Assembly (NCBI GenBank): GCA_050084515.1
Contig: CM114271.1
Coordinates: 4,712,001-4,776,000 of the forward strand
Direction of reading: 5' to 3'
Origin: Blasia pusilla
Taxonomy: Eukaryota
Length of the DNA stretch: 64,000 nucleotides
Position numbers and translations under genes: made by a program. Below are positions 12,625-25,191 of the stretch, one piece after another; position 1 is the stretch's first letter, and every line of letters starts with the position of its first letter. The notes beneath the pieces are model-generated. The model searched no databases, was not told the origin of the DNA, and worked only from the letters and a program-made list of their open reading frames with translations.

Positions 12625-15597
12625 TTTTTTTTCAAAATAAATATATCCACTTTATTATAAAATAAACCTCAAAAGAGGACACAGAAAGATAATAACAACT
12701 CAAAAGAGGAGTCAAAAAATGCATAAAAGAATGCAAAAAGAAAATGGTAACAAGCCAACACAAACACTGGCTCAACGAGCTACACGATTGATAGCCTGAA
12801 AAAAATATTACAAGAACACGAGTGGTTGGTCAGACTTGAATGGACGACGAGGCGAGCGACCCTCCACCACCTCCGCACGAGGTATCAATGCCAAGGCTTG
12901 TGCACGTTGGAAGGCCACTGAGATACATTGCCGAAAATAAGTAGTAACTACCGAGAGAGAAGGACTACGGGAAGGGGCAAGGTGATGATTCTCGAGGGAG
13001 TGGTGAGCACATGTTTTCAAGAAAGTATCAAAAGACACATGTAAATGACCGAATACTTCCACTGCAAAAGGAATAAATCCATCAGTCGCATGTCTCACAA
13101 CATAACTTAACTCCTTGATTCTTGCTGCAGCTCCGGCCGCCAAACCTTTGGTATGTGCGGCTCGATACACCAAGTCAGAACTTGTTGGATCAGCAATCAC
13201 CATATCACCTAGTGTCTGGAATCCACCTCGAGACATATCAAGATCTACTCTCCGACGAGAGGTTGCTTGTGTGGTTGAAGGTAGGACATGGAGTTGCTCT
13301 TGCCCAACGGTGTATCCTACAGTACGAGCCACCGATGCTACCGCCTTTCTAACGACATCATGTGTGGCCGTTCGTTCTCCATCATGTGCACATCGGAGAA
13401 TATGGATACCCTTGGCATCAATGGGATCCCCGCATACACAATTCGGCACACCTAAGAGTGAAGAATAGGGAAGTCCAAGACGTAACCGCAAAGCTGTCGA
13501 GAATATACTTTGAGGAAGATAAAATGGAAGAATAAGAGGATTTGCAGTAAGCCACGCCCCCGCTCTAGTACCCGCACATGAACGTAGACGAGCTCAATTA
13601 GCGTTAGAGGATGCCTCGGAGAGAATGCTGGAAAAGTTGATTTGATGCAGATTCTCGGAGATATGCTCTTGAAGTTGATCAAACCCTTCCGTAATCAGTT
13701 GACTGAAAGGGGATAGAATTTCTTGTGTAGCAAGAGGAAGAAGAGCTCGTGTAGATCTCAGTTTTTGTTGAAATAACAAGTCCCCCTCCTCTACATGGGC
13801 AATATGATCCATCAAGATAGATGTATCTCCTTGGAGAAACCTTGAAACCTTGAAGCCATAATCGGTGCTACCAACACCCAACTCCCCAAAAAGGCTGCGA
13901 GAGCATAAGCGACTGTGGAGGACAGTCCCACCCCTCCAAAAGAAATAGGCAAGATAGCTTGTCGTGAAGCAAAGACCCCATCCTCTCCCTCAAAGGTATT
14001 CGGGCCAAGAAGTTGACCAAAAGTTGTCAAGATAGAAGCGTCAAAAGAGGCCAACCGATGTAAGAACCTTGAAGTCGGAGGACAAGTGCGAAGAAGGTAG
14101 GAAGGACGTCGTAGAAAAAATTGGGAGAGAATCCCATAAGCCACTTGGGGATCCCCTAGATGAGGTAACAAATAAAGCCATTCCACGTCTTTCAAAAGGG
14201 CCTCATCCAAGAACTTTGAGACATAGTCGATGAAGCCAATTGGGACCCCAAGAACTCTAACCCCTTCAATGTAGATGGGAAAATCAAGATTAGGTGGGGT
14301 GAATGTTGAGGGAAGGCATGAAGGAGACCATACTCCATATTTACTAGGTTGGACTTTAAGGTTTAAGAAAGAGAGTCGCTCCACGAAATGGGTATAAGCA
14401 AGAACCACTTCAGAAGGAGGACCTATAATGTGAGTGTCATCAGCAATAGAAGGGAAAAGACAAGATGGAAATGCTTGCGCTGATGCTCGAAGGGCACGAA
14501 AATGGGCAATGGCAATCAAGAGTGAAGAAAATCCCATGCACCACAGCCTCACAACCTCTAGGAGTTGCCACTCCAAATTGATGAGGAAATAAGTGGGCAC
14601 TAAAGTGAGGACGAAATTGCAAGCATAGGGATCGACTAACCAAGCGGTATAAAACCTCTCCAATAGCCAAAGAGCGCACATCTGAAGGAGGCTTATCCAA
14701 AGCCAACAAATGACAAACCTCCAAGAGCCTAGAGATAGAGAATGGGAGATGACCGGCCGTCATATGTGCACACACCATATAGAGAGAGACAAAGCCACTT
14801 GTTGAATCTGCTGGGATAAAGCAATCGTAGAGATGCTCAAAAACCATCCCTGATAGCCCACTTGCTGATAAGCGAGGAGTATGCAGAAAAGCCCTTGTGA
14901 AACCTCCAAATCAAGCTCCAAGTCAAGGTCCGTTGTATAGTCTTCTACAAAAGGTGGAGCATCGCCACTTGAAGGAGGATGAAGAGATTCTAAGAGAGCC
15001 ACTGTTTCCGCACTTGGAACCGCCGGAGAAAGAGGACCCAATGCTCGAGCTGCATGTGAAAACTCACCAACCTGCCCCAAAAGTAGACTTCGTTGAAGGC
15101 GTTGTTGTATTGAAGGCCTACCATGATTGGCATGTTGAGTAGGATGAGCCGCAACTAAGGCCTTTGCTCGAAGTACATGCTCATTTTGAAGATTCTCCCA
15201 ATCCCCAGACATAAAGCGTTGAATACCTGTGGAGGTTTCACGATGACCTGTTGCACCATCCCTTGGAGGGAGGACTAAAATCCATTATGGGAAGAGTAAT
15301 TGGAGATACCAAGCATTGATATCTGTGGGGTCACGTGCTAACCTTTCTAATGGGAAAAGCAAAGCTTGTTGGGTGATGGGGCGAAAAGCAATAGGAATGC
15401 GAGTGTAGAATCTAGGACGAGGAAGACTTGGATGGAAAGAGCGAAGGAGATCAATTTGGCTTAACTAGGTCCAAAAAGTTATTGTGGGGAGTGCAGTAGG
15501 AGGTGGTATCAGGTTAGGGATTGAAGGCCCATGCATGGATCGACAATACCACTGATGTCTTTTGATCCCATTAGGAGCAAACTCCTTACCACAAGGT
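12625..15597 (-). mobile_element. CRE-like non-LTR retrotransposon, 3' part (RT plus restriction-like endonuclease), decayed
   Basis: RT motifs DVRSLAIGEVLYRL, HQFGVATPRGCEAVVH, IADDTHIIG, LGVPIG, LPISFGGVGL. Zn knuckle and REL endonuclease CVCG..HILRC..RTATHD..RVD..D..K...FIPFAVEVFG (12808-13491). The central RT motifs are deleted near 14520. Short A-tail near 12625. Confidence 0.85.
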
Positions 15598-16112
15598 TGT
15601 CACGACTGTTAGGATAAATCGGTGGGATCTAGCAAAGCGTCTTCACGAGTAGTGGAGGACAGGCCCAGGAGGTCAAGGATGACCTGTTGAGGCCCCAGGA
15701 AACCTGAGAGAGCAGGTTTCCCCTTCGTTTCAGCTCATTTGGAGCCATATAGAGAAACTTACTATTTCAGGTAAATTTCTATATTGAGGATAATTAAATT
15801 TCCACTTTGGGAAGTGGCCCTCGACCCGCTACAGTAGGTCAAGAGCCAAGGAGGTGACTTGCGAGCATAGATTACCGTTGAGAGGGCTTGGGAGAGGGAA
15901 GGGGGTATACCTCCAAGAGAGGGAGCTTGAGAGCTCATTCTCTCTTTGTTAAACCTCTTGGCATAAGGCGGCGGAACTATGGTCCCTTGTCTTGTGAGTG
16001 TAACCCAAGCCTCTCATTAGGAGAGTGGGTTTGGTTTCACATGAGAGAGAGTGCACACATTTGAGAGCTATGGTGTGAGATGATGTAGAGAGATATTGGA
16101 TCTTACTTTACA
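15598..16112 (+). repeat. Terminal repeat segment A1 (about 515 bp)
   Basis: Direct repeat of 25310-25826; begins tgtcacgactgttagg and ends cttactttaca. Confidence 0.92.
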
Positions 16113-17822
16113 AAGACAGAAAGAGAGAATGAGAGAATGAGAGAGTGAGAGATCTTCATGGGGGAGCTCGCTAATCACTTGTTGTTTTTTCAGGTTGGGG
16201 ACCGTGTTCCCCATTCAGCGGCTCATGGGAGTGCTCACCGGAGCAAGGGCTCCTTTGATTGTTCTTTGCATTTGCCGATTTTTCGTGTGGAAGAGTGACG
16301 CGCGGAAGCGCTGCCCAATTTCTGATAGAGATTGATTATGGGGGTGGGTTGCCCCATGCCAATGCTCTTGGGAGCACCATGTAGCTTGCTGATTTGTATT
16401 TTTCCAGGTTTTACATTTTCGTTGAGAGAAATCAGCGCGGAAGCGCTGCCAAATTTTGTGTAGGAGAAAGAGACATTGGGCTTTACGACAGTCCCCATCA
16501 ATTTTTACTGGAATGTTTGGTTCTAAATATTTTTGACATTGTCGTAGATCGTGAAGTTGTGCACGCTGTGCAACAAACAATGCGCAATTTGGATTTGCGA
16601 GCAAAAAGTTATGGTCAATCTTGAAAATTTTCCATTGCTAGGCGATTTTTAGGGTTAAATTGTTCAAATCCGTAAACCAGCCGGCGTCGCCGTCATAGTC
16701 ACAATCAATGGTCCGCCGTTGATGGTCAATCGTCACCATCACCATCAATCATCAACCGTCACCGTCAACAGTCCACGGTCCATTGTCCACCCTTTGGTTG
16801 CCATTGCCGTCGTTACGGAGTGGAGGGTCTTCCATGACGTTCGTTGATTCTCTGACTTGCGTCGCCACTACGTACTTTATTTTGGCCGCCGCCGTCATCG
16901 TTGTTTCATCATCAACCAGTGATGGCAGATGACCTCCGCTTATGGTGTTTGAGTTTTGATTTCATACTGCTATGTTGTGATTGGTAGCCGCTCGACGACG
17001 ATCGAGTACCGTGCCGTGACGCCCGTATCCGCAACGCGCCGCCGATTGCCGCGCCGTGCCGCTCGTGGCCGCACTGCACCGTCTCGATCGCGGAGCCGCA
17101 CCGTCATTTTGGAGAAGAGTGTGGGTTTATTTTTGATTGAGGAGGGTATGCCGCGGAGTGCCACATCCCACCATCGAGGTCCGTGCCGTTCGTAGTCGTT
17201 CCGTGCCGCCTGCAACGCCGCACCGTTCTGTTGGAACCGCACTGTCTATCGAGGATTTTTGAGCAGCGTCAGTACATGAGGAGTATGACTTGCTGATTGG
17301 AGGAGTTATCTCCATGACCGAGTTAGGTTCGAGATTTGCAGTTGCTGAGGAGCGACATCGACATGTGTTCAGGTTACCCATTCTGGTCCTTTACCCTGCA
17401 CGTGTGAGGGATTTTGGGATTTGGGTAGTTTATTTGGGGATATTGGGTGTGTGGATGCTGAGAGCATCATTTATATATGTGGTTTAGGGGACATAGACCT
17501 GTGTGGGATGTCCGGAGTTGAGGGTAGGTTGTCGATGAGATGGTAGCCAGGTCGATTTGCCGCACCACGCCGCGTGTTGCCGCACGTTACACGTCTTGGG
17601 GAGGGAGAGTGTAGATCGAGTGCCACATGTTTGGGATGAGTGATTGAGGGATTATTCACGAGGTTGAGAGTGATCGTATGAGAGGGCACAAGGGTCATCA
17701 CGGAGTACGTTCAGGACTTTGAGAGGCGAGGTGGTGAACCCGAGAGTAGCTCTAGAGGTTTTACGCGGAGTGGCGCGAGGTTCCGAGGGTCTCCACGTGA
17801 GGGACCACCTCGACCTCCTTCT

Positions 17823-18960
17823 GTGTCATCGTCAGACAAGGGGGAGGGTGTAGAGGAGTTTGTGAGCACATCGCCACACATTATGAGTGGTCCTACCAGT
17901 TGGGTGTACGAGATGGACGACCGGGGTAGAGGACCACATAGGTTTTCAGGTGCAGTAGGCACGATTGAGTTGCACGATTTCATAGCCGATTTTAGGAGTT
18001 GGTGCGACTCCCAGCGGGCCAGGAACTCTAGAGAGTTCAACCCGTTTACAACATGGAACGGTATGTTCCAGCATTTAGAGGGGGCGCCCATGGACGATTA
18101 CCATGAGTTCTCTCAGAGATATGCACGTGAGATCGAGGCGTGGAGGCTCTACTATGACCCACATTATGTGTCATGGACGGAGCTGTTCCCAGATGAGGAG
18201 GAGGAGTCAGGAGAGGCTACTTCCTCTTCCACTAGTGACATTTTAGGAGGGGTCACTCGCACGGGAGCAGTTGCACCGTCTCGTCGGGTTCGTCCCAAGT
18301 TCAACCCTGTGGTTGAGTTCTTTGATGAGTTGAGGGCGAGCTACCAGGGGATACGGACGGAGAAGTTGCGGAGCATCCATGACTTCTAGAGGCGCCCAGG
18401 TGAGAGTTTTCATGAGGCTTACACTCGCTTGTGCCGGTTGATCAACGTTACTCAGGGGTGACAGAGGCTTAGGCTATCCAGTCATGGTACGCGATGCTGG
18501 ACCGGACCCTGCGGACACGGGTCTGGGAGGGGGTGCTTCTTATGAACACCTCCCCTACGTTGAGAGATGCTTTTAGGACCGCCAAGAACATTGAGCGCAA
18601 CATGGCGGAGGAGAGCGTAGCCACCATGGGTACTAGGCGAGAGCAGTCGCGATTGTCTGCACCACCTGTGCAGCAACGTGGACTCCGAGATAGGTCGATT
18701 GTGGCACCACCAGCTGAAGGAGAATACCGGGAGGTCGTGCCACAGAGACCTACGCCTTTACATGTGGCTCAGTAGCAGCCGCCTACTATTACTTGTTGGT
18801 CATGTGGTGGAGCCCATCATCAACGCGATTGCACTCGTCAGGGTCATGGACGTGTGCCTTAGCATGGAGGAGGAGATGGTGCTGCACCAGGAGGTTATCA
18901 GTGTCACTATTGTCAGAGGTATGGTCATACACGCGCCAGGTGTTTCAATTTACATCCTAA
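17823..18960 (+). pseudogene. gag with two CCHC zinc knuckles
   Basis: ORFs 17823-18389 and 18494-18775, then CWSCGGAHHQRDC (about 18795) and CHYCQRYGHTRARC (about 18902). Interrupted by stops and frameshifts. Confidence 0.85.
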
Positions 18961-19878
18961 GTTACGTCCGGACCGAGGGCCAGAGAGGGCACCAGAGCGA
19001 GTAGCCGGTCTGGGTGGGTCTAGAGATCGTGCACCATGTAGTCTCGTTGGGGGATGAGGAGCTAGAGTTTCCCGATAGGGTGGTGGAGCTGCCCATGGAG
19101 GAGGTAGTGTACCACCATCTAGATGCGCCGAGGGAGACTCCGGACGTGAGGCTGGGATGGCTGCTCAATACAAAAGCTACATGAGCAGATTTCCGCTATG
19201 GCATTGAGGTTACCCGATGCCGGATCCGTGACATCGACATCATATGGAGCAGCCAGAGATCTGGAGGATCCTGGTTGGATGTGCGGGGTTGCCCAGATGG
19301 AGGCAGCCAAAGTTGTGATGCGTGGAGCAGCTGCAAAGTTGGATCCACAGCGAGGGGAAGCCATGAAATAGACGAGGCTTCCTCAATCTTTCACGTTGTC
19401 CGAGGTGATGAGGATCCCATCGATGGGTCCTGAACAGAGTTCATGGAGAGTTGGTGATGTTGTTGGTATGCAGGCACGGAGGGCGATGAGAGAAGCGAGT
19501 ACAACAACTCCTATTGTTGATGCTCATGAGGGGCATGTGTTGAGCACGTTGTTGGGGGTGGCCACTGTTGTGTACCGCACTCTTTTATTTTCTACTTCCA
19601 ATGTTATGATGTTGGGGGATACGCCCGCCGAGGCTTTTCGGCTGGCCGCCTCACTATGTGATCACTGTGGCGGAGTTGGAGTTCCTGCATCACGTTCAGA
19701 GGTGATTGCAGAGGAGGTGACGGACCTGCCCTTGGAGCGGATGCTCGGGCCGTCCACGTGAGATTCATGGCAGGCTGTGGCTGCTAGGATGGCGGAGATG
19801 CCCGCTAGATCCGCGATAGAGCGTGCCATGGCTTCTCCTGGTGTTGTGTTGCTGGATAACTGAGGAGAGGTCTTTCAG

Positions 19879-20290
19879 TTGGTGAGTCTCAGAGGTAGAG
19901 CTTTTAGTCCGCAGCGTGCCCTGTTGGATTCTGGAGCGCAACCCCTGATGTTGGGGAAAGCGTCATTCAGAGGATTGGGCTTGACGAGAGCTGATGTGGA
20001 GTGTCGTCCATTCCAAATACAGACATCCTTGGATGGAGTGAGTACCACACAATATATCACCCGATAGGAGGTCATGGTGAGGATTCGCCCGGGACATCCT
20101 ACAGATGAGTCCGTGGTGCGAGCCAAGGCGATAGTGACTGATGCAGAGTCCTACGACGTCTTGGTTGGTGGAGCAGTGTTATACTCGATGGGGTTTTCCC
20201 TAGATTACTAGGAGGAGTCAGCGTCCTACAGACCAAGATGGCAGTAAGGTGATGGGCGCCTTAGCTCATTACCCGTTCGATTCACAGGTG
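19879..20290 (+). pseudogene. retropepsin aspartic protease domain
   Basis: RALLDSGAQPLMLG active-site motif and downstream YDVLVGGAVL. Confidence 0.85.
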
Positions 20291-20641
20291 CAGTGATCGA
20301 GCAACGGCCAAGAGAGAGATGGCGACCTTAGTAGCATTTAGCAGTTCCATCACTTACCCTAGTGATTTGATTGAGGGATATGTCCATGCAGAGGATACTC
20401 CCGTTCCCAACATTTCTATGGAGAGGAGTGTTATGGTAGCCGCATCATTCTGTGGAGGAGAGGTGCCGCTGTGGGGTCGACTGAGGAGCTTCGACGATTG
20501 GCAGATGAGCACGTGCAAACCGCGTGGAGCGAGGCGTTTGCACTGGAGCGTGATAGGTCAGAGGAACCCGAGGTAGCAGGGAGTGCTACGATGACACCCT
20601 TGGATACCACACCCATTGTGTGGTGTACCCTGGAGGAGGGT

Positions 20642-21580
20642 ATTCGAGTGTTAGATCTCTTTGGAGGGATTAGCACCGGGTTAGTTGTTGTTTTGCAGGC
20701 ACGAGTGCGAGTACTGCAGTACCTGTATGTGGAGAGTGATGATGTTGCGAGGCGCGTCTCACTACGACATGTGGCGCAGTTATGCCTACGTTTTCATGAC
20801 TTATTGTCTGCGTCCGCAGTACAGGGGTACCAGAGTTCCCTACCGAGGGATATTTTGTTGCTGGGGCGCAGGACTTAGAGAGGGTAGGGACCATTGATTT
20901 GGTCATTTCCGGTTGGCCATGTCAGGGCCAATCGAGTGCTGGACAAGGCAACGGGTTGGCTGACACTCGGTCCAGGTTGTTTTGGGAGATGTTGAGGGTC
21001 TTACGGCAGTTGCAGGAGCACCAGTCTTGTTCTCCAACCTACATTCTGGAGAACGTGCCGATCTTAGGAGACTCCAGGTCATGGGTGGTCACAAGTGCTC
21101 ATCAGGTGCGTGCTTCGATCGGCCCAGCAGTGTTCTTGGATGCGGCGAGTGTAGGTTCTAGAGCCCATCGCCCGCGTCTATGGTGGATCAACTTGGTGCC
21201 CCATGCGGTCTTACGGAGGGCATATGCGAGAGTGGAGCGCCCCTCCCATTTGTTAGTGGATTCCATTCTGGATCCAAGTCGTCGCTTACAAGCAGTGAGG
21301 CACGATGATCGACCATCGTTGACTGTGGTCAACAGGATGGGCAGGCCGCAGGCAGCCTTTCCCACGTTTGTGAGTTTTCCCGCTTCCTATACATACAAGG
21401 AGGCCGGTCCTGGCTTGGTTTGGGATGACTAGGTTCAGCGGTTGGTGGAGACCAATGTCAACAAGAGAGAGAGAGCGATGGGATTTCCCACAGGAGTGAT
21501 GGCAATACCGTTAGTGTCATAGGCATCACAACGCCACGTCTTGGGTCAGGCGATAGACCTGAACTGCTTGACATGGATCC
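20642..21580 (+). pseudogene. DNMT3-like C5 cytosine DNA methyltransferase domain within pol (copy 1)
   Basis: Motif I VLDLFGGISTG, II YVESD, IV IDLVISGWPCQG, VI ILENV, VIII RAHRPRLWWINL, IX/X RERAMGFP...VLGQAIDLN. One frameshift near 20865 and stops in the C-terminal part. Confidence 0.92.
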
Positions 21581-22160
21581 TAGCTTGGGAGTGGCTGAGC
21601 AGCGTTGTATGAGATTGCAACAGATCACAACGGTTGCGTTGGTGAGCCCTATGCCTACTGAGACGGTGGAGGCAGTGGCTGGGGGCGAGACCCGAGGAGA
21701 TCTACACACCATGGGAGATCGGGAGAGACACCCTTGGACTTCTTGGGATGTTTTGCAGGTACGCCAGGAGATGATAGCCACAACATCCAACGTGGTTTAG
21801 AGCACTGCATGTGGAGGAGATCAGAGTTTGCAGTTGGCTGCAGGAGAGCAGTCGAGTATTGTTGTTCGAGACGGGTTTGCACCATAGCAACCAACGATAC
21901 CCGCGCTGGAGAGTCCTACCGTACTCACAATGGAGACTTGGGTGCCAGATATGGGCCCTAAGTTGACAGGAGGAGAGCGGCGACGAATACATCAGTTCCT
22001 CAGGAGTTATAGGAGCTGGTTTGCATTTAACATGGAGGATTTGGGTACGCTGAAGGGATCGGGGATCCACATTGAGTTATCGAGTGATACGCCGATCTTC
22101 CGACGACCCTACAGGTATAGTGATATGGAGAGGGCTCTGATTTAGAGTAGGAGCCAAGAC

Positions 22161-23009
22161 TTGGTTGGAGCAGGACTAGTGGAGATGTTGCATGGAGAGT
22201 ATGCATTTGCCACTATCATGCCCACCAAGAAGGATGTGCATGGCAACAAGACGGATAGGCGGATGTGTGGGGATTACCGACCTATCAATCGGGAGACGAA
22301 GTCCGATAGGTATGCCATGCCCACCCCTGAGGAGATCTTTGATACGAATGGTCACGCAAAGGTCTTCAGTTCATTGGATTTGCGAGCCGGATACCATCAA
22401 CAGCCTATCAGATTGGAGGACAGGCAGAAGACGGCATTTTGGGGCATCGATCCTCACGGGAAGGATTGTTTGTACGAGTGGCGGTTCTTACCATTTGGGT
22501 TAAAGAACGCCATGGTTGAGTTTCAGAGCATCATAGATAGGATCTCGGCTGGTCTGGATTTTGCTAGGTATTATATTGATGACATCGTAGTCTTTAGCGC
22601 CACCGTTGAGGAGCATGAGCGACATGTAGAGGAGGTGTTTCGACGATTGCAAATACATGGACTGAAGCTACATCCAGGCGAGTGCAAGTTCTTCTACGAT
22701 CGGATTGAGTACTTGGGTCATACGATATACCCAAGGGGCCTTGGTGTTCAGCAGACGAAGGTAGAGGCTATCTCACGTATTCCACGCCCTACAGATGTGA
22801 GCCGTGTTCGCGCATTCGTAGGATTGGCAAACTTCTATCGGCGGTACGTCAAGGGATTCTATTCGATTGCGAAGCCGTTGACCTTGCTGACCAAGGTGGA
22901 TCATGAGTGGCAATGGGGGGATGAGCAAGAGCGAGCATTTCAATTGCTCAAGGACAGGTTGACGTCTGCACCCATCTTGAGGAGATCGATCAGGGGGCGT
23001 CCTTTCTAG
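22161..23009 (+). pseudogene. Gypsy reverse transcriptase (copy 1)
   Basis: RMCGDYRPIN, LDLRAGYHQ, LPFGLKNA, YIDDIVVFS, YLGH. Confidence 0.97.
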
Positions 23010-23381
23010 TTGCACACAAATTGGAGCATGTTGGGGCTTGGAGCGGTGCTCACCCAACATGATGATGAGGGTAGAGAGTTTGTAGTGGCTTACGCTAGCC
23101 GCTCGAACAACGCTGCAGAGGCGAAGTACAGATCGCATGAGGGTGAGTGCTTGGCTGCAGTGTGGGCTGTCGCGCATTTTAGGTGTTACTTATTCGGCAA
23201 CCCCTTTACCATCATCACTGATCATCAACCACTGAAGTGGTTGATGGAGTCCGAAAAGCTTACAGGGAAGCTTGCGAGATGGGCTCTGTTGTTGCAAGAG
23301 TATGATTTTCAGGTGGTACATAGACCTAGGACGCTCAACGAGGATGCAGATGGGTTGAGTCGTAACCCATGCCCGAGTTAG
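23010..23381 (+). pseudogene. RNase H (copy 1)
   Basis: GLGAVLTQ, VAYASRS, ECLAAVWAV, TDHQPLKWL, DADGLSR. Confidence 0.95.
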
Positions 23382-23689
23382 CGAGATGCGACTGGAGCTC
23401 GATGGCGTGGAGAGAGTGAAGAGAGTCAGTGCCAGGATGGCACGCGTCAGCCTATTTAGGCATGTTGGCTAAGGAGAGCCAAAGTGTGCAGACTTCGATG
23501 GTGAGGTCTAGTGGCGAGTCCTTGGATCCCGAGGCTAGTGAGGAGACGACAAGTGGCCGAGATATTCATGATGATGGAGTAGTCTTGGAGTACCTTCGTA
23601 CTGGCAGCATTGCGAGCACCGTGGGTGCTAGAGAGCGGAATCGGATCCTATAGCGGGCCAGACGGTTCCGTTGGGAGGGGACACATATT

Positions 23690-24800
23690 TTGAGGGTTTG
23701 GGAGGATGGCAGAGTACGCGTAGTGCCACATCCTTCGCAGAGAGCACGACTAGTGCAGCATGCCCACGAGGAGTTGGGTCACTTTGGGGTGAAGCGGACG
23801 TACAACTTGCTCCAGATTCAGTATTGGTGGCGAGGCATGCAGACTGACGTTCAGCAGTTTGTTGCCAGGTGCATGGTGTGTGATTGGGTCTGAGCATCGT
23901 TCAATGCTCCGACTCCACAGTTGCATCCATTACCGATCATGGGCTTAGGGTATAGAGGGAGTTTGGATTTTGCAGGACCTTTGCCTTTGACGGAGCGTCA
24001 CAGTCGTTATGTATTGGTGATGGTCCAGCACTTCTCGAAGTGGATTGAGTTGGTTGCATTGCCTGACAAAGTGAGTGAGGGAATAGCTTATGCCTTCCTT
24101 GACAGAGTGTTGAGTCATTATGGCGCACCGGATGAGGTGTTGACAGACCAGGGTACCGAGTTTCGCGGTGAGTTTCAGGCCTTGTGTGATCAAGCACTGA
24201 TCGACCATCGTACTACTTCGCGAGATCATCCTAAGGCAGATGGACTAGCGGAGCGGGTTGTGCAGACGGTGAAGAGAGGAATACGCAAGTATGGCTTGCA
24301 GAGAGGTCACCTAGGAGATTGGGACCTTCAATTTCCGTGGTTGGCGATGGGATACAGATTCAGCATGCAGGCATCCTTAGCGTCTTTTTCACCATACTTG
24401 CTATTTTATGGCCGAGAGCCAGATTTACCTGTGGCCATTCGTCGAGATGTTGGTGAGGTGTTGGACCTTGATGACCCAGATGTATGGATGCGAGCATGTT
24501 CTCATAGGGTTGATTTGTTTTGGAGAGTGATGCCCATGGCGTTCGAGAACTTGGCGATTGCGCAGCATCAGGATACATTGAGGTATATGACTATTCGGGG
24601 TGGTGGTTATTGACCAACTATCCGGAGGTTTCATCATGGAGATTATGTCTACTTGCAGCAGACGGCACCAAAAATGTTGGATGTCACTGAAGGGCGCACT
24701 ATCTTGAGAGTGTGTGACGTTTTGCCATCCGGTGTTCTCTTGCTGGAGGGACGCGATGGTATGGTCTGGAAGGACCATGTGCGTAATTTTGCGCCATGTC
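23690..24800 (+). pseudogene. DDE integrase (copy 1)
   Basis: HHCC motif HEELGH...CMVC; core LDFAGP, TDQGTEF, GLAERVVQT. Confidence 0.95.
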
Positions 24801-24856
24801 ACCTTCCTAACATTGGTGGTACAGTAGATCCGAGCTTAGTAGTAGTTCCTTCACGC

Positions 24857-25003
24857 TTGCGTTGTATGTTGTATGGTTCCGCCCGTGGTGCGGCCACGAT
24901 GCTAGTCTGTGATGGATTTTTGAGAGCTTGGCATATGGCATGTCTGACGCCACCTCTCACTAGGGTTCCTCGGGGACGATGGATGTGTCCCATATGTACA
25001 TAG
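24857..25003 (+). pseudogene. C-terminal PHD finger fused to integrase (copy 1)
   Basis: CMLYG...MLVCDGF...WHMACLTPPL..VPRGRWMCPIC fits C4HC3 spacing with two Cys lost. Copy 2 keeps the second Cys (CMLC). Confidence 0.88.
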
Positions 25004-25176
25004 AGGAGATACTAGGTAGGTTTTGATTCTGACTTTTTTTGTGATATGGATGACATGAAGGCGACTAACGATGGGGCCGCATGAGCACCCGACCTTTCTG
25101 CTCTTAGCGTCCTAGAGATGTATGTCGTGGTAGATAGGGATAGAGGGCTATCTGGAGTTAGAGGTACCTAACCACC

Positions 25177-25190
25177 AGCTAGGGGGGCGA
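25177..25190 (+). promoter_or_regulatory. polypurine-tract-like plus-strand priming site
   Basis: agctaggggggcga lies immediately before repeat B1 and is conserved before B at about 50351 and 51202. Confidence 0.7.
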
Positions 25191-25191
25191 T

